Shown here: one piece after another, positions 61,736 through 64,000 of the stretch
Layout of the letters: every line of letters starts with the position of its first letter
Numbering within the stretch: the stretch's first letter is position 1
DNA from: an uncultured bacterium
GTDB lineage: Bacteria; Oederibacteriota; PGYV01; CAWJRG01
NCBI GenBank assembly: GCA_963845185.1
Contig: CAWJRG010000009.1
Location: 512,001-576,000 of the forward strand
DNA length: 64,000 nt
Direction: 5' to 3'
Position numbers and translations under genes: made by a program
Notes under the pieces: model-generated
The model's database searches: none
Seen by the model: the letters and a program-made list of their open reading frames with translations, nothing else
What the model was told of the DNA's origin: nothing

Positions 61736-64000
61736 ATGACTAGAAAAGATAAATTACTAATATCGACTTTCTTGTTGTTCTCTTTTTTAATATTTTATCC
61801 CCAATACATTTCAAATAAAATAATAGCTTGGCTTGACATGACATATTATTTTTTCCCGTTCAGGTTTATAGTTGCGGAATTAGTCAAATCCAATATTTTA
61901 CCTTTATGGAATCCATATATATACTGCGGAAACCCGTTGATGGCTAATATGCAATCCGCGGTTTTCTATCCACTTAATGTCTTTTTCTATATAATGCCAA
62001 TGGATTTGGCCCTTAAAATAACTACGTTTATATCTTTTTTTTTATTTGCATTTTTTACCTACGCTTTCCTAAGACTACATAAAATATCGGAAGAGGGAAG
62101 TTATATTGGAGCAGTGTCTTTTGTTTTTACTTTTTACATTACTGCTAAAGCAGTTGAACTAGCTGATTTTAATGTGCTTTTGTGGATGCCTGCGGTCTTG
62201 TATTTTACGCGAAAGTATTCTTTTAAGAAAAGGATTTTTGATGCTATATTTCTGGTAGGAACACTTTCTATGTCTTTTTTAGGAGGGCATCCGCAAGTTT
62301 TTTCTTGCGTTTATTTCATTTTTTTTGCCTTATTTTTTTACCATCAACTTTTCGATAGCAAGGATTTTCGTGGCAGTATAAAACCGTTTTGCTTAATAAA
62401 TGCCTTATTTTTATTTATTGTATTATTGCAGCTACTGCCTACAGTAGAATTTATGAAATTATGCAACAGAATAACAACTGGTGTGGATTTTTTAAGAAGT
62501 CAACAAAGTTTTATGGAATTAGAACATTTTATATTATTTATTTTCCCGCCTGCCACGATTTTTATTTCGAAATATACTAGTTTTTTAAATTGGGTATCGC
62601 TTATAGAACTGGGAATTTTATCTATTTTACTGTTTGTTTTGGGAACCTGGAAAACAACCGAAAAAAGATATAGGAATTTTCTTTTTGTTTTATTTGTTTT
62701 TTCATTTTTTATTTCATTCTTGGGAAATATGCCTTTTTACAAATGGATATACGATACGGTACCTCTTTTGAAAATGATAACCTATCCAAGTAAGATTAAT
62801 GTATTATGGTTTTTTATAACCTGCATGATGGTAGGTTACGGTTATGATATTTTATTTCAAGCCAAATCTGTAGAAACTAAAAATTTTAGGATACTAGTTT
62901 ATTCAGCTGGATTCTTTATTTTTGTTCTTTATTTGATTTGCAGCGTTTATGAAAGGCAAATCCTGTGGTATTGGAAAAAGTTATTCGACCCGTTAATTAA
63001 ATTTCAAAAATTATACGAAATAACTGAAAATTATGAAATTTTTCTTCGCAGTTTTTTTATTTATATGTTTATGCTGTCAGTGTCGTGTTTTTTTGTATAT
63101 TTAATTTCAGCAAAGGGAATTAAACAACAATATATACAAATAGCCGTAATATTATTTGTAATTTTTAATATTTTTATTTATCATTGGGGCGGATTTGAAG
63201 TTTATGTTGATTATAAAATTTTTACTACGGAATCAAAAACTATAAATTTTCTTTTTAAAGACAAGGAAATGAAATTTCGAAGAATTCTTGCTCCGGGAAT
63301 AAAAAACAGGATTGAGTTTGAAACAAGAGGAACCGATTCGGAATCTATATTTGCCTATATTTTTGATACTTTAACCCCGAACATTGGCATGGCAAATCAC
63401 CTTATTAATGTTGATGGTTTTGATTCGCTTGTAATTTCGAATTTTAGCATGTTTAAAAAAAACTTGGCCAGGCTTGATAAGCCATGGGATAACGATGCTT
63501 TTAAAATATTAGGTGCTAAATACATATCAAGCAGATCATTGATAAATGGTAAAAAAATAAAATTTAGTTTTTCGACGGCAACAAATATTTATCAATATAA
63601 AAATCCTGCAGATATTATATTTTTTGTGCCTGCCGTCAATAGCGACATATTATTTACTGATAATGAAAAGAATATTATTGACGAAATGTTTAACAAGCCT
63701 TACAACTGTTTTAATAAGATTTTTTTAAATAAGGAATACGAAAAATACTTTAAAGATGTTTTAAACCTGAAATCTTCACAAGGAAGCGATAGAACGACAG
63801 TAATTAAATACAACATGGTCAATGTAAATACATACTCTGTTTTTGCTAAAATAAAAGAGCCCGGTTTCTTGATTTGTACGGATAATTATTATCCGGGATG
63901 GAATGTATATGTTGACGGCAAAAAAGAAAAATTGTTAAAAGCGGATTTGACATTTAAAGCTGTATTTTTGAAGGCAGGCGAACATTTTATCAAATTTATA
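61736..64000 (+). CDS. YfhO-like multi-pass membrane protein (GT-C fold candidate); runs off the window end
   Basis: ATG at 61736: D...YFFP, LPLWNPY..CGNPL.AN.Q..VFYP, GGHPQ; YYPGW.VYVDG in the same frame at the window edge. Confidence 0.85.
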   Translation, partial: MTRKDKLLISTFLLFSFLIFYPQYISNKIIAWLDMTYYFFPFRFIVAELVKSNILPLWNPYIYCGNPLMANMQSAVFYPLNVFFYIMPMDLALKITTFISFFLFAFFTYAFLRLHKISEEGSYIGAVSFVFTFYITAKAVELADFNVLLWMPAVLYFTRKYSFKKRIFDAIFLVGTLSMSFLGGHPQVFSCVYFIFFALFFYHQLFDSKDFRGSIKPFCLINALFLFIVLLQLLPTVEFMKLCNRITTGVDFLRSQQSFMELEHFILFIFPPATIFISKYTSFLNWVSLIELGILSILLFVLGTWKTTEKRYRNFLFVLFVFSFFISFLGNMPFYKWIYDTVPLLKMITYPSKINVLWFFITCMMVGYGYDILFQAKSVETKNFRILVYSAGFFIFVLYLICSVYERQILWYWKKLFDPLIKFQKLYEITENYEIFLRSFFIYMFMLSVSCFFVYLISAKGIKQQYIQIAVILFVIFNIFIYHWGGFEVYVDYKIFTTESKTINFLFKDKEMKFRRILAPGIKNRIEFETRGTDSESIFAYIFDTLTPNIGMANHLINVDGFDSLVISNFSMFKKNLARLDKPWDNDAFKILGAKYISSRSLINGKKIKFSFSTATNIYQYKNPADIIFFVPAVNSDILFTDNEKNIIDEMFNKPYNCFNKIFLNKEYEKYFKDVLNLKSSQGSDRTTVIKYNMVNVNTYSVFAKIKEPGFLICTDNYYPGWNVYVDGKKEKLLKADLTFKAVFLKAGEHFIKFI

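Overview
Bacterial chromosomal window with almost every gene on the + strand. The lineage cannot be fixed from the sequence alone; the Thr-stalk/YPNP-tail proteins remind me of Ca. Goldiibacteriota-like genomes, which is inference only. (1) 1-15.2 kb and 27.3-36.1 kb: large secreted proteins (partial S8 protease, a giant multidomain lectin/adhesin-like protein split by a 1-nt frameshift, two GH9s, a GH18, a GH5 and a non-catalytic stalk protein). Five of them have long T-x-T linkers and a shared ~95-105 aa C-terminal YPNP domain resembling a T9SS type A sorting tail. (2) 15.2-27.2 kb: an accessory/defence patch interrupting that cluster, with ParB-start remnants, a 316-bp exact direct repeat, AAA ATPase, methyltransferase, HAD, kinase, darT fragment, AbiEi/AbiEii, nonsense-broken orphan hsdR and palindromic repeats. 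(3) 36.2-64 kb: housekeeping genes (gap-pgk-tpiA-secG, argS, truA, polA, coaE), a c-di-GMP cluster, an ECF sigma/anti-sigma pair plus a clan GH-A hydrolase, a polyamine operon and a YfhO-like protein. Best leads: (a) a DUF11 domain apparently split between the GH5 and the next gene, a possible natural catcher/tag isopeptide link docking a tail-less enzyme on a stalk protein; (b) an anti-sigma factor whose sensor domain is a paralog of the CBM11-like domains in the giant surface protein; (c) a dispersed two-hairpin element with compensatory base changes. All domain calls come from motif recognition by eye; no searches were run.
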